Below are positions 26,720 through 40,156 of a DNA stretch of 64,000 bases, in pieces. Where the stretch lies: the NCBI RefSeq assembly GCF_009914755.1, contig NC_060936.1; one strand, written 5' to 3'. The stretch comes from the human T2T-CHM13v2.0 reference genome, Homo sapiens. Under the pieces are notes generated by a model. That model was not told the origin of the DNA, did not search any database, and saw only the letters and a program-made list of their open reading frames with translations. Position numbers and translations under genes: made by a program. Each line of letters starts with the position of its first letter. Position 1 is the first letter of the stretch.

Positions 26720-29700
26720 ATGAGAGGGAAACACTTCCTAACTCATTCTATGAAGCTGGCAGTAGCAACAAAAACAGATAAAGACATTACATAAAATGTA
26801 ATGGTATATCTCATAAACATAGATGTAAAAATCCTCAATAAAATATTAACTGATCAAATCCAACAATCTATCAAAATAACTATAAATCATAACCTGGTAG
26901 GATTTATTCCAAGTTTGCAAAGCCTGGTTTGGCATTTTAAAACCATATCAACGGTCTAATGAAAAATAAGCATATATCATATCAATAGATGCAGAAAAAT
27001 ATTTGACAAATTCTAACAATTACTCATAATAAAAACTCTCAGCAAACTAGGAATAGAGTGAGGCCTTCTCAACTTGGTAAAAAAAAAAAAAATTACAAAA
27101 ATCCCGCAGCTAACATCATACTTAATGGTGAGAATTAGATGCTTTCCCCTTTATAATCAAGAACAAGGCAAGGATGTCTCCTCTTACTACTCTTACTTAC
27201 TCAGCATTGTACTGAAACTCCTAGCTAACTCAAGAAGACAAAAAAAAAAAAAAAAAAGAAAGTGCACATCTTTAAAAGGAATAAGTACAACTGTCTTTGT
27301 TTGCAGATGACATGATTGTCTACGTAGAAAATTTCAAGGAATCAGTAAAAACTACTAGAGCTAATAGTGAGTCCTGAAAGGCCAAAGGATGCAAGGGGAA
27401 TATACTACAGTCAATTTCCCATATTTCAGCAACAAACAATTGAAATATAAAATTAAAAAGACAATATAATTTATATTTACATTTAAATTTTTACATCAAA
27501 AAAGAAATAGTAGGTATAAATGTAACAAAGTATGTTTAAGATCTATATGTGGAAAACTACAAAACTCACCAGGAATCATTAAAGATACTCATAAATAGGG
27601 AGACATTTTATGTTCATGAATATGATAACTTGGTATTTTTAAGGTGTCAATTCTTCCCAACATGATCTAGAGGTATAACACAATCCCAATACAATCCAAG
27701 TAAGTTATTTTGTGGATATCAACAAATTGATTCTAAAGTCTACAAGAAAAGGTAACAGACCCAGGACACCAACACAATGTTGAAGAAAAAGTAGAAAGTT
27801 GGAGGGCTGACACTACCCAACTTCAAGACTTATTATCAAGCTACGGTAATCAAGACAGGATGATACTGGCAAGACGATAGACCAACTGATCAATGGAACA
27901 AAATACAGAGGGCAGAAACAGATCCACACAAATACGTTCAATTGATCTTTAGCAAGGAAAAAGGCAAGTCAACGAAGAAATAATGGTCTTTTGAACAAAT
28001 GGTCTTGGAATAATTGGACTTCTATATGCAAAACAAAAACAAATTGAATGAATGCAGACACAGAACTACTTTTTACAAAATTTAACTCAAAAGGGATCAC
28101 AGACCTAAATTGCAAAATGAAAAACTACACTAACTTCAAGAAGACAAGATAGGAGAAAATCTAAGCGACCCTGGATTATGTGATGATTGCTTACAGACAT
28201 CAAAAGCATAATCCATGCAAAACAATTAATAATTAGATTTTATTAAAATTAAAATGTTTATTCCTCAAAAGACAATGTTAAGACAATGCAAACACAAGCT
28301 GCAGACTGGTAGAAATATTTGTAAAACACATTCCTGACAAAGAAGTTGTATACAAAATATACTAAGAACTCTAAAAACTCATTCACAAGAAAATGATTCA
28401 GTTAAATCAAAAAAAGATCTAACCAGGCACTTCATTAAAGGCATATAAGCACACAAAAGATGCTGAACATTTCTTAAAATTAGAGGACTACAAATTAAAA
28501 CAAGGAGATACTACTACACACCTATTTGAATGAATAAAATAAACTGACAATATCAAATTCTGATGAGAATGTGGAACAATAGAAACTTACATTCATTCCT
28601 GGTGGGAATGCAAAATCTGATAGCCACTTTGGAAGATAGTCTGGCAGTTTCTCCCAAGGCTAAAATATAATCTTCTCATAAATTCCAGCATTCACATTCC
28701 CCAATTGGGTTGAAATCTTATGTCCACATAAAAAGCTGCACATGAGTATTAATAGAAGCTTTATTCATAATAACCAAAAGCTGGAAGCAACCAATATGTG
28801 CTTTGATAGGCAAAAAGAATTGATAAAATAGTGGTATATTCATACAATGGAATATTATTTACTGATACAAAGAAATGAGCTATCAAGCTATAAACAGCCA
28901 TGGAAGAACCTTAAATTACTAAGTGACAGAGCCAGTCTGAAAAAGCCCCATGCTGTATTATTCTGATTATATGGTTTTCTAGGAAAGGGAAAACTATACA
29001 TGGTAATAAGATCAGTGATTACTTGGGATTCTAGGGAAAAAAGCGGGATGAATAGGTGAAACAGGATAGTTTGGAGTGGTGAAGGCTATTCTACATGATA
29101 CTGTCAGTGGTAAATGACAATATGCATTTGTCAATGCATACTGCATTATACATTGTACATTTCTATGCATTTGCACATATAAATGTATAATACAACATAA
29201 TAAGTGAGCCTTAACATAAGCAAATTTTAAAAAATCATAGAGGAGTGTGAGGGACACCAGTAAAGAATACAGAACTAGTTTAACTGTGTTAAAAATACAT
29301 GAAACAATTTCACTGAATGGGGTAGGGGAAAAGTAAGTTAGTAAGTTACCTTAGTAACTTTGGAAATGAATGGAATCTGTAAGACTAAAAGCAAAAGGAC
29401 ACATACACTGTTCTCTAGTTGAGAAAGATATTTCCTATGGTAGTAGCAGTTAATTATTCTGATACTCTTCTACATGTATACTAGAACTGAACAATTATAT
29501 AAATTAATGGTGGTTAGTAGGAGCCATATTTCTCACTGTTGGGGTGGAAATGTACAGATCAATAAGAAATGAAGCTGCAATAATCCATGCAAAAAAGGAT
29601 TCCAGTTAGAGACATTAGTAAGAACTCATGTTCAGCTTAATATAGACAAATATAGAAATATTTATAGATATATACATATATAGGTTAGTACACACACATG

Positions 29701-30740
29701 TATTTTCATTGCTCTGTCTGCTCAGAGGCCCTCAAAGGAACGATACGTCAGAAGCAAGGGATATACTCTGCATTCAGATCTTGCATTCTAATATTCTCCA
29801 ATAAAAGGAACCAGAGATTCTTGGAGATATGGATGATTCTAGCACTGGAGCAAGAAATATACAAAATGAATCCCCAATATCTTACAGAGTCAGAAAGAAA
29901 AGAAGTGCTAAACTAATAATAACAATCATTACCACAAGCACAATAGTGGTATTAAATGACACCCAAAATATAAAATAAATATTCGTGAATTCATACTGAT
30001 GTAAAAAATGATTGAATGAAACAATAAATGGTAGAGAAGAGATAAATCTCCCATGTAGAAAAATGCAAATATTATGTAGACAATCCAGGTCTAGTAACAT
30101 AACTCCCTATTCCGTAAGTGTGGCTTGTACAGAGCTCCTCCGCTTCAAACAGTATGGTGTAGAAAGGGGACAGAGAGCAAGTTTATCGTGGAGAAACTTG
30201 CAAAACACTACTTGAGCCAATGATCAAGGCCAACACCAACATTCTTAATTACATAGAAAGTATGTAACTGACATGAGGTGAGAAAGATGGTATTTTACTT
30301 CTGTGGTCTTCCTCCCAAATCTCCAAATCTCATCTGATTGAGACAAACATTAGACAAATTCCAATAGAGAGATATCCTGCAATATATCTGAACAGCACTC
30401 CTCAAAACTCTGAAGGTCATGAAAAACAAGGACATTCTGAGAAGCTGTCACAGCCAAAAAAAGCCTAAGAAGACATGACAACTAAATATAATGTGTTACC
30501 CTTGATGGTATCTTAAAACAGAAAAAGCACACTTGGTGAAAACTAAAGAAGTTTAAATCAACTCTGGACTTTAGTTAATAATAATGTATCAATGTTGGTT
30601 CATTATTTTAACAAATATACCATACTAATGTAAGATGTTAATAAGAGAGGAGACTGTATACGGATGGAATACATGGGAACTCTGTACTATCTGCTTAATT
30701 TTTCCGTAAATCTAAAACTGTTTTTAAAAAAAATAAAGTG
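26720..30740 (+). mobile_element. Ancient LINE-1 (L1MC/L1MD class): ORF2 3' half plus long 3'UTR, antisense to SOX5
   Basis: Degenerate ORF2 (aactcattctatgaagc, tcaatagatgcagaaaaa, tttgcagatgacatgattgtctacgtagaaaa) and an L1M-type 3' end ggaactctgtactatct...taaatctaaaactg. Confidence 0.85.
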
Positions 30741-30789
30741 AATGTATAAATTACAATAGCAAATCATGGCCATACTTCAGAATATTTGA

Positions 30790-31167
<378 letters not shown>

Positions 31168-31207
31168 TAATTCTAAATGAAATAGGAAGCACAATATTTT
31201 AAAAGTA

Positions 31208-31616
31208 CAGATGCTCCTAGACTTATGATAGGGTTATGTCCTTAAGCCCTTTGCAACTTGAAAATATCATTAAGTAAAAAATGCACTTAATTCAGCTAAC
31301 CTACTGAACATCATAACTTAGGCTTGCCTACCTTAAACTTGCTCAGAACACTTATGTTGTTAGTCCACCACAGGGCAAAATCATCTGGCAACACAACGTA
31401 CTGTGGAGTATCATTGTTTACCCTCTTGATTGCGTGGCTGACTGGGAGCTATGGCTCCCTGCCGCTGCCCAGCAATGAGAGAGAGTATCCTACTGCATAC
31501 AGGAAAATATCAAAATTCAAAATCCGAAGTATGGTTTTACTGAATGTGTATTGCTTTTGTACCATCTTAAAGTTGATAAATCTTAAGTGGATCCATTGTA
31601 AGTTGGGGACCATCTG
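31208..31616 (+). mobile_element. TcMar-Tigger MITE, MER47B-like
   Basis: TIRs cagatgctcctagacttatgat / attgtaagttggggaccatctg, TA on the left; internal gcgtggctgactgggagct...gctgcccagca. Confidence 0.8.
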
Positions 31617-31754
31617 CATAAAGCTAATCATAAAAAATTAGCAGAATATATGAAAATAAACACTAAAAAACACATCCTAAGGTTAAGAATCCTATTAACC
31701 TCATATTAACATTATAAGAAAATAAAAATCACCTGCAGCCATGACTTCATGCAA

Positions 31755-31965
31755 AAAATTACAATGCAATCAAGTCTATTAAAATATCAAAAATATCAAA
31801 AAAATTCAGATAAGATATCCCACTTTGCATGTCTGTAACTTCCTACACCTTTCAAAGAGGAAGAAAAAAGTTTTTTAAGTTTAGCATATTTCACAAGTAT
31901 TCTAAACTCAGTTACTGAAGCAGTATAAAAATAATTAAACATTATTGCTGTTTCACACAGGAATA
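31755..31965 (+). repeat. Copy 1 of a ~210-bp local direct repeat (partner 35485-35700)
   Basis: Aligns end to end by eye with 35485-35700 at about 90% identity. Confidence 0.93.
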
Positions 31966-33232
31966 GCTATGACTTCAGGTGATTTTTATTTTCTTCCTTA
32001 TAATGTTTTATGTTTTTAAAATAATTATTATAAAACTGTCTTATTTTTAATATTAGGAAACAATCCACCATTTTAAACACATAAGGTTGTCTGGATCCCC
32101 CTCAACACTGCATTTTTATCTCCATGAGAATAGGAGGACATGTAACAAAATATCCAAAATCTTTGGCTGACAAGAATATCTCTAAAATTCTTTCCAATTC
32201 TCAGATCATGAGAACTGCATAAATTTTAACCAAAATCCAGGTCCCAGTTATGCACTTGGTAGGGAACCAGAAATATTTAATTGTCACATGGCTGTCACAT
32301 ATACAGGATAACAGAATTTTGTGTCAGATATCCTGATAATTTACCAGTGTCCTAACAGACTAGAAATGAGCCCAACTTATTGTTACACGGTATACACGCA
32401 GTGTATTTTTGTTATAAAGTATGTCTGCACATCATTGTTTATTTGTTTTAAATTTCCATCTGATTGAAACAGGAGGCATGTTCTTGTGTGCAGTATGGCA
32501 CCCATGCTTAGGATGGACAGAGGTTTAAATAGGAGTTAGTAAGCATGTGTAACATAAAGGATGATTGTCAATTATGCATAAGTTTGTACAATTTGCAACA
32601 GTTATTTTATTGGCTTGTTTGCTTTAATTTTAAGATTAGTCCATTTGCCTATCACCTGAAGGTTGCTATCAGGAACTATTAAAGAGATTTAGAGGATAAA
32701 ATCTTAAAAGAAAGACTTTCTGGAAGTTGAACAAATAGGAACTTAAGCATATCTAAAAGTTAAAGAATCACTAATTTGTAAGTATATAATAGTCCTAACC
32801 ATATTAATTTTTGACTATACAAGAAACAGGATAAGATGTATTAATGTGTAAAGGTTACAAAATGTAGTGAAATTCTACATTAATCCTCAAGGGGAAAAAA
32901 AAATGGAGAGAAACAAACTAGGCTGCAGATATTTGACAAGCAGGTGACTATTCCCGGCTCTGCTGCCACATTCTATTCTTGAATCTTTTTCATGCAACTA
33001 ATTTACTCATATGTGAAAATAACATCACAACATAAATTAATGATTTAAAAAATTGAGATAGACAGGGCTAAGTGTTTCTGAAAAAAATATACCAACCGTC
33101 TTCATAGCAATAGGTTTCCATCTTGCCCAATTTAACTTTAAGAGTATAAATCAAAAAACAAATCAAGAAATTAAAATCAAAGTATTAAAATCAGGACACA
33201 GCACCAACTTTGTTTTCTCTTCCAGCCTTTAC

Positions 33233-33443
33233 CTTCCGGCTCGTTTTTGATGAGCTCTTCCATTTTCCTCTGCTTCAAGGTGTCAACAACATCAGCTAAA
33301 CTGCCCTTGCGCCGTTCAGGAGTTCCCAGGGCTGTACTAGACAAGGACTCGCCACTCTGTCGCCCACCTTCTTCTGCCTTCTGAGGTGAGGTAGATGAGT
33401 TGTGTGGGGCAAATGAAGACATAACTTTATTGCCATCAACTTC
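33233..33443 (-). CDS. SOX5: Internal coding exon (211 nt, phase 0 to phase 1) of SoxD transcription factor L-SOX5, probably coding exon 3
   Basis: Minus strand reads ttttgctttctctttcag|GAAGTTGATGGC...GAGCCGGAAG|gtaaag, with canonical AG and GT. The translation [70 protein letters not shown] matches my recall of human SOX5 and includes the SoxD-conserved [19 protein letters not shown] motif. The exon number is from recall. Confidence 0.97.
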
Positions 33444-33550
33444 CTGAAAGAGAAAGCAAAATGACAAATAATTGTTTACCTGAAAGAGAGAGCAAAAGGA
33501 CAAATAATTGTTTACCTGAAAGAGAAAGCAAAAGGACAAATAATTGTTTA
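33443..33550 (-). repeat. Three tandem 36-bp copies of the SOX5 exon acceptor region
   Basis: Units 33443-33478, 33479-33514 and 33515-33550. Plus-strand consensus cctgaaagagaaagcaaaaggacaaataattgttta; the first two units each differ from it at one base. Confidence 0.97.
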
Positions 33551-35484
33551 AAATTCAGTAACTTTAAAAAATTGGTTATATGGCTTATTCAGCTGAAAGA
33601 TTAAAAAGTGAAATGTCACTCTGCAAGAGGCAAAGAAACCAAGAAATTTCAAAAAAGAATAAATTCAGTTTTCATGGTAGTACTAGAGTAAGTCAAAGAT
33701 CTATTCAAAGGAGAAACCAAATATGGAGATTCTCTCCTTTAAACTGAGTATAAATGACAATATAGTCCTATACGAAGCCTATATTATTAGATTTGTTTAT
33801 TTTCCTGCTTTTGTTTGAGAGCCTCAGATTTTCTTATGGGTATTAAATGTAGTGATCATTTGTGTTAAACTTCCTGACTTTGTAATATTTAAACAAATAT
33901 CATTACACACAATTTATGTTCATTTTCAGTAGCTGCCTCTTCTTGATAATACTCTAATAAAGTTTTAGTTTTTCCACCTCCCTCTCCTTCTTTTAAGAAA
34001 GCATCCATCACACAGGTTATTTGACATCAGACAAGAATATTCCAAGTTCAATTCTGCCTATGATGAAGACATTTTCAACTTCATTTGTTACATGAAGCAC
34101 AGTTTGTCAACACTCTTTGCTATTTTGTATTTTAATCCTCATTTGCCCTATAAAATAAGGTTTGTTGCAGTTTTTGCTTCTTCATAGTCATGTGGGTATG
34201 TGAATAAAAATAATTTATTGTATGGTTCTAAAATGTAAATATCTTTTTATAGTCTATTGTCATTTTCTCACATATTCTAGCACAAATCTGGTAATTTGTA
34301 TAATATTTGGGGAATATTTTGTATAAAACATATTAAGGTGATTTTTTAGAAATTATCAGGAGGAGTGATAATGAAATGATAAAGAAAAATTAATTTTCTT
34401 ACTTAAAGATTTTCCTTGTATAGTCTCTTACTTCCATAATCCTTTACCTCTCACAAAACAGACATCTTAAACATAAAGCTGTATCCTAAGATCTTTGAGA
34501 CTCACACTAAAAATATTTCTTAATTCTACAACATTAAAAGTTCGCATTAAAATATATTTGAATGTGTGCCTATTTAATATTCAGGATATTAGATTATACC
34601 TGTTTGCACATTTCTTCTCTACCTATTTGAGACACAGTAATACAATCTGTTGACTTCCAAAAAGTAACAAATCACACTGATTGATACTCAATATTTTTAA
34701 GGTTAATGCAATATTTTGGACTAGCTTAAAAATATGCTAACATACTTGGTTTAAAAACCATCAGTGTAATTTTGAAAAATAGATTAAAAATAGATACGTC
34801 AACACAAACATAATCTGTTAATATGTTTTTTTTTGTTGTTAAGATATTAGTGAGTACAGGGACAACAGGCTATGTTACAAACATCAGTTTGTTGCATGTG
34901 GCTGAGGCATGTGGGGAAGGCGAAAAAAAAAATGTGCACAACAGAATCTTCCAAATTATAATTCTAAACCTCAAATGGCTTTCATTTCTCACAAACATTA
35001 CAGAATATGCCTCTGACTAGCACTATGCCTTGAGTGAATATTTTATGGACAAAGTAGCTTATAACATACTTGGATTTAGAAATCAATGTACAAAATGTAA
35101 CAATTACAAACTCCCGCACGTTAAGTGAAGGTACACTTCTGGAATTATTAAAACCTACATAAATATACAAACACATAAACACACACACACACAGAGCCCT
35201 AAAAAGAGCAATCACAAATTCATTCAGTAAATTAATAGGAATGTTTTTATGAATGGTCCATAACACACATTAGCTTAGTTTCATGTGCAAACAGAATATT
35301 GCGAAACCTCTGTACTAATTTTCCACAGAAGATCTTCCTTCTTATTTCTTTCCAGGACCAAAAGCAGAAACATCCCAATGTTAGCTACACTTTGAACATT
35401 TCTGTCTGTACTCTGCTTTCACATTATATGATGACAAACTTTAGAAACAATAATTGGGCAGCTGACCTTTAATTGCCATAATTG

Positions 35485-35700
35485 AAAATTACAATGAAAT
35501 CAAGTCTATTAAAATATCAAAAATATCAAAAAATATCCAGATAAGGTATCCCATTTTGCATATCTCTAACTTTCTACACCTTTCAAAGAGAAAAATAAAT
35601 GTTTTAAAGTTTAGTATATTTCACAAGTATTCTAAACTCAGTTGCTGCAGCAGTATAAAAATAAATTAATTAAACATTATTGCTATTTCACACAGGAATA
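35485..35700 (+). repeat. Copy 2 of a ~210-bp local direct repeat (partner 31755-31965)
   Basis: Shares perfect blocks aatcaagtctattaaaatatcaaaaatatcaaaaaa (36 nt) and atatttcacaagtattctaaactcagtt (28 nt) with copy 1. Confidence 0.93.
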
Positions 35701-36574
35701 TTTATCTTACCACTATTTCACCTGCCTGATTACATTTCAGCCTCTGGCACTGTTAATCTCCTTAACAGTTTTATGTAGTTAACAGCTGTTTCAGTGTGGG
35801 ACACTGTTGTTCATTTGCATGGTGAATAGCTTGTTAAGGAGTGCTAGCACAGTCTTCAGTCAAGGAAATCCTATCTTTTTCAGAGTTCCTTCCCTGGGAT
35901 TGCATTTGTCATACATGAAGTAATGATTCCATGTGTCACTTCACTTTGCTGGCAGGTGAAATCAAGAGAACCAGCTAACATAAGCATAAGTGGTCCAGAC
36001 CAGCAATATCTATTTAATCAAGTTTTGTGAATTCTAAGGGCATACCAGTACTTTGCAAACAAGTTCCCCAAACTGTGATATACGACCTCTAAATTCTAAT
36101 CATAAAAGAGGTCTCTAAACTTTCAGAATAAAGTTGATAATCTTCCTTTGTTATTTTTGAACAAGTTTTGCTTAACCTTACCCCTTTTGTTATCTTTGCA
36201 ACCAATAGAAAAAGGATCTGCCTAACATAGCTGTCCTCATTAAAATATCTTTTTAAAACTGAATTCTTGTTAATTCATTTTAAAGACAGAATATTGCTAT
36301 GAACACGTCGAAAGAAATATTATTTCAACCTTAATATTTAAACTCTATATGATGTGCTAATTAAGAAGAATTAACTCATTTTATAAAAGAAGAGATTATA
36401 TGAAATAACCAGATACATGTGTTTCTTTTATTATTCAAGTGACATTTCATCCTTGACTTCTGGCCTTAAGAAACATGTTATTATGCTTACTTATTGGCCT
36501 TATAAACTGAAATTAAGTTCATACTTAGACACATTACATTAATATTCAATCTATCAGACAGTAATTGATAAGAA

Positions 36575-36812
36575 TGATAGCAAATATTTATTGAATACTT
36601 TGTATTAGGCACTGCGTAAAGTGCTTTACATGTATTAACTCAATCTTCATGGCAAGCCTGATTATAATTTCCATTTCATAGCTGGATAAACTGAGGCAGA
36701 GAGACTGAAGCACAGTATATGCTCAAGGTCACATAACTACCAAAAAGTAGAGTGAAAAATCAGCCCCAACCTATTGGGCTCCAGAGCCCTCATTCTTAAC
36801 CATAGTGCTATT
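36575..36812 (-). mobile_element. MIR SINE
   Basis: aaactgaggcagagag...caaggtcaca...ctccagagccc...cttaacca is the reverse-complement MIR core. Confidence 0.8.
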
Positions 36813-37398
36813 ATACCTCTTTCATCTATGTCTGTATCTACCAATGTTAAGGGTGAACAAGACACTTGTCTTTTTAATAAGTATGAAAATGAGAGGTTTC
36901 CACTGAAATACGTTCAAGTCCTAAAGAAAACAAATGAGATATATGCATTTAAATTAATTAAATCAACCACATTCCAGACTTATAAAGCTCTGTCCATCCA
37001 AATATCTACTGGTTCATGTCATATTTTTTAAAATAAATTTTAATGTTTAAAGAATTATTTAAACCAAATATATAGATTTATATTTCTACATGACTAATCA
37101 GAGTAATGGTACTCAGTAGTCTATGTTTTTATAACTATCTTTATAAAATTTGTGAGCATCTCCAGCATCCTTTCCAGTAAAATTAAGTTTTCAATTTAGA
37201 AAAAAGCTAGTACAGAAGATCTGGACTATCATCAATTAGATTCTCATGAATGCATGTTCAGTAATTTGGGTATTGCATAGAGGTAGCATAAGATGAACTA
37301 CAGATACACAGAGAACGTACTTTGGTGCTCAACAAGTTTTGACATAGTCATGTTCCTCTTCCAGCAACGGGTTGTGATTTATAAAATATCACCAGGAT

Positions 37399-37730
<332 letters not shown>

Positions 37731-38019
37731 ATCACCAGGAGAAGGTAAAACAAAACTTCAAAAAATATCTTGAAAGCTATAATATTTGGCTATTCCTTAA
37801 ATTCCATCAAAAGAGGAAAAAAATATACCTTATAACAAATGTTGAAACTAAATTTCACTACTTGTAATCTCTTCTGCCAAATTAGGAGGTACCAAATTGA
37901 ATTTAGTTATAGAAAAAATATAATTATTGTCTAAAGAGCTCTTTCAATTATTTCTCAGGTTATCTTGATTAAAATAATTTTTCATAAAATGTCTGCACGA
38001 AACCCTAAACCACACTTAC

Positions 38020-38238
38020 TCCTTTGGGACTACCGATCCCTTGAAGATAGCTATAAATGCTATTTTAAACACATATGCACATGCATAAACACACAGACAC
38101 ACACTCATACAATTGCACGCACAATTTCATATAGTTTTACAGAGTTAATTTTATATGTTCATAGTTCCAGTTATGAACCTCCCCTAGGAAATTCGCTATG
38201 AACTCTTATGAACCATGGATTCCAGGTTAAGGAATGTA
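38020..38238. mobile_element. Degenerate hAT-Charlie MITE relic (family uncertain); a similar relic lies at ~20265-20395
   Basis: Ends ccatggattccaggttaaggaat, like a Charlie terminus; internal atatgcacatgc...acaatttc. Confidence 0.4.
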
Positions 38239-39981
38239 TACCTGACCTAAATATATACCTTCATAGAAAAATAATATCAGCTCATCAGTATAGACAATTA
38301 GGTTATTTTAAAAAACCAGTTGCTTGCAAAAGAAAAAAAAAACCTTATCAAGATAAAAGTTTACCCCTTATCAAGATAAAAGTTTATTTAAGGTATATAT
38401 GTTAATATCTTAAAATTTTACTGCTCTAAAGATAAGCATTTAGAAAGAGATACATATTTTAGTTATTCTTTAAAGAGAAATAAATAGGGCAATCATTGTT
38501 TTCTTATTCAGCAATCATCTTGTGATAATATGCACAGAAATCTGAAATACAAGACAGAATTGCTAACTTCTACAAATGAAGTTTGCAATTTTGACAGCAA
38601 GTTTTATCAGCTCAATTTTCCAATATTAATGTTCCTAAAAATGAGATGTAAATATAAAAGAGATACATTGAGGCAAAACCAAGTTTAAAAAACTTGATAG
38701 AAAACACTAAGAAATTTTCTTTCGTTAAGATTATCAAATTAAATACTCTGGGAACAAGATATTGTCAGTTCCCAATACCCACAGAATACAAGTCAGCACT
38801 TACAGACAGACCTCTGAAGAGTGTTTGTTATAGTAATGATTATGGATCAAGTCATCCAATTTAAAGCCTTTCCTTTTGTCTGAAACATAGCTAATTGTAC
38901 TTAGGTCCAGTAGTTCAAAAAATGAAAAATAAGAGAGGTACTTTTGTTTGGGCTATTTCAGTAGTTCACCGAGAGAGAGAGCTTATCACAACTGGTCATC
39001 CTTCTATATTTGAAAAAGCCACTGATAATACCTTTGTAAAACTGACAGATCAGCACTTACAACATCAGGGATCCTTAGTGCCTAAACAACTATAAGGTAC
39101 ACAACTTAAGATTATATATTTTAGATGAGTGGGCCTGGAATCTATCTTGGGATAGGGTCAGAAAGCAACATATATGCATTTTTTAAAGTTCTCTAAAGAA
39201 GTGTGATGATCAGCGGCTAGGTTGGTATGTAGTGGCCTAATCTAGACCACTTACAAGCAAGTTAAGAGCCAAGTTAGTTTTTAAGGAATGCTTATATTAT
39301 ATATATTCAATATTTTCATATGATTGAAATTCTCTGAAAATTAGTATTTTGAATCCTTAGAAACATTTATTCATCACAATATTAAAAATGGATAGAAATT
39401 CTAAAATACTTAAACAGGCATCTGCAACCTTTTTTCTCTATGATCTACGGAAAGCTCTAATTTCCTGAACTAATGAGTTCTAATTTTTTCTAACTTTTAA
39501 AGAACATTGGAAAAACCTTACAAATTAATTTGTGTCTTTAAGGCAGACATAGCACACTCTCGGGGCAGACTGAATATTCTAGACAGTAACAGTCCTCATC
39601 AAGTTCAGGTAAAAAGATTATCATTTTATAAAAATGGCCCCATTATACTTCAAAAATATAATCCAGCCCGTATTTCAAACATTTCTTATGTATTTTGGGA
39701 CAGTGCAAACAGAAGTGAGAACTCTTTAATGTTTTTTTCAAAGCCTAAAAATATAGACTCTTTTAAAGATTGCTATTCAACAGGATGGAAATTCAGCAGA
39801 AGTCTAACTTGGTTTGCATTTCTTTGCCAAGCATTGAGATGAAATGTTAGTTTAGGCTTTTATTTAATTACTAATTAGGAAACTAAATAAATATTTAAAA
39901 GTGTGTTCTTTAAAAAATGCATTCAAATGGTACTAAACAGCAATAAAGAATGATAGCATAGTGACAGGTGATTTTTATAAA

Positions 39982-40156
39982 CATGATTCGCAAACGGTGG
40001 TCCTCAAAATAATGTCATTGGCATCACCGGGGAACACTTTCAACATTTTTCTCAGGCCTCACCCCAGACTTCCTGAATCAGATGTTCAGGAGGTGGAGCC
40101 CAACCAAATCTGAGTTAACAAGCCTTCCATGTGAGACTGAAGTTTGAGAACTACTG
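39982..40156. mobile_element. MER5A-like hAT-Charlie MITE
   Basis: ctcaggcctcaccccagacttcctgaatcaga...aacaagccttcca...aagtttgagaactactg. Confidence 0.75.

Noticed and set aside
33177-33539. 120-aa ORF as a stand-alone gene
   Set aside because: It is the SOX5 exon read through its flanking intron sequence. The repeated N-terminus is the 36-bp acceptor repeat and there is no true ATG start.
33443-33550. 36-bp repeats as a CRISPR-like array
   Set aside because: The units are head to tail with no spacers, the context is eukaryotic, and there are no cas genes.
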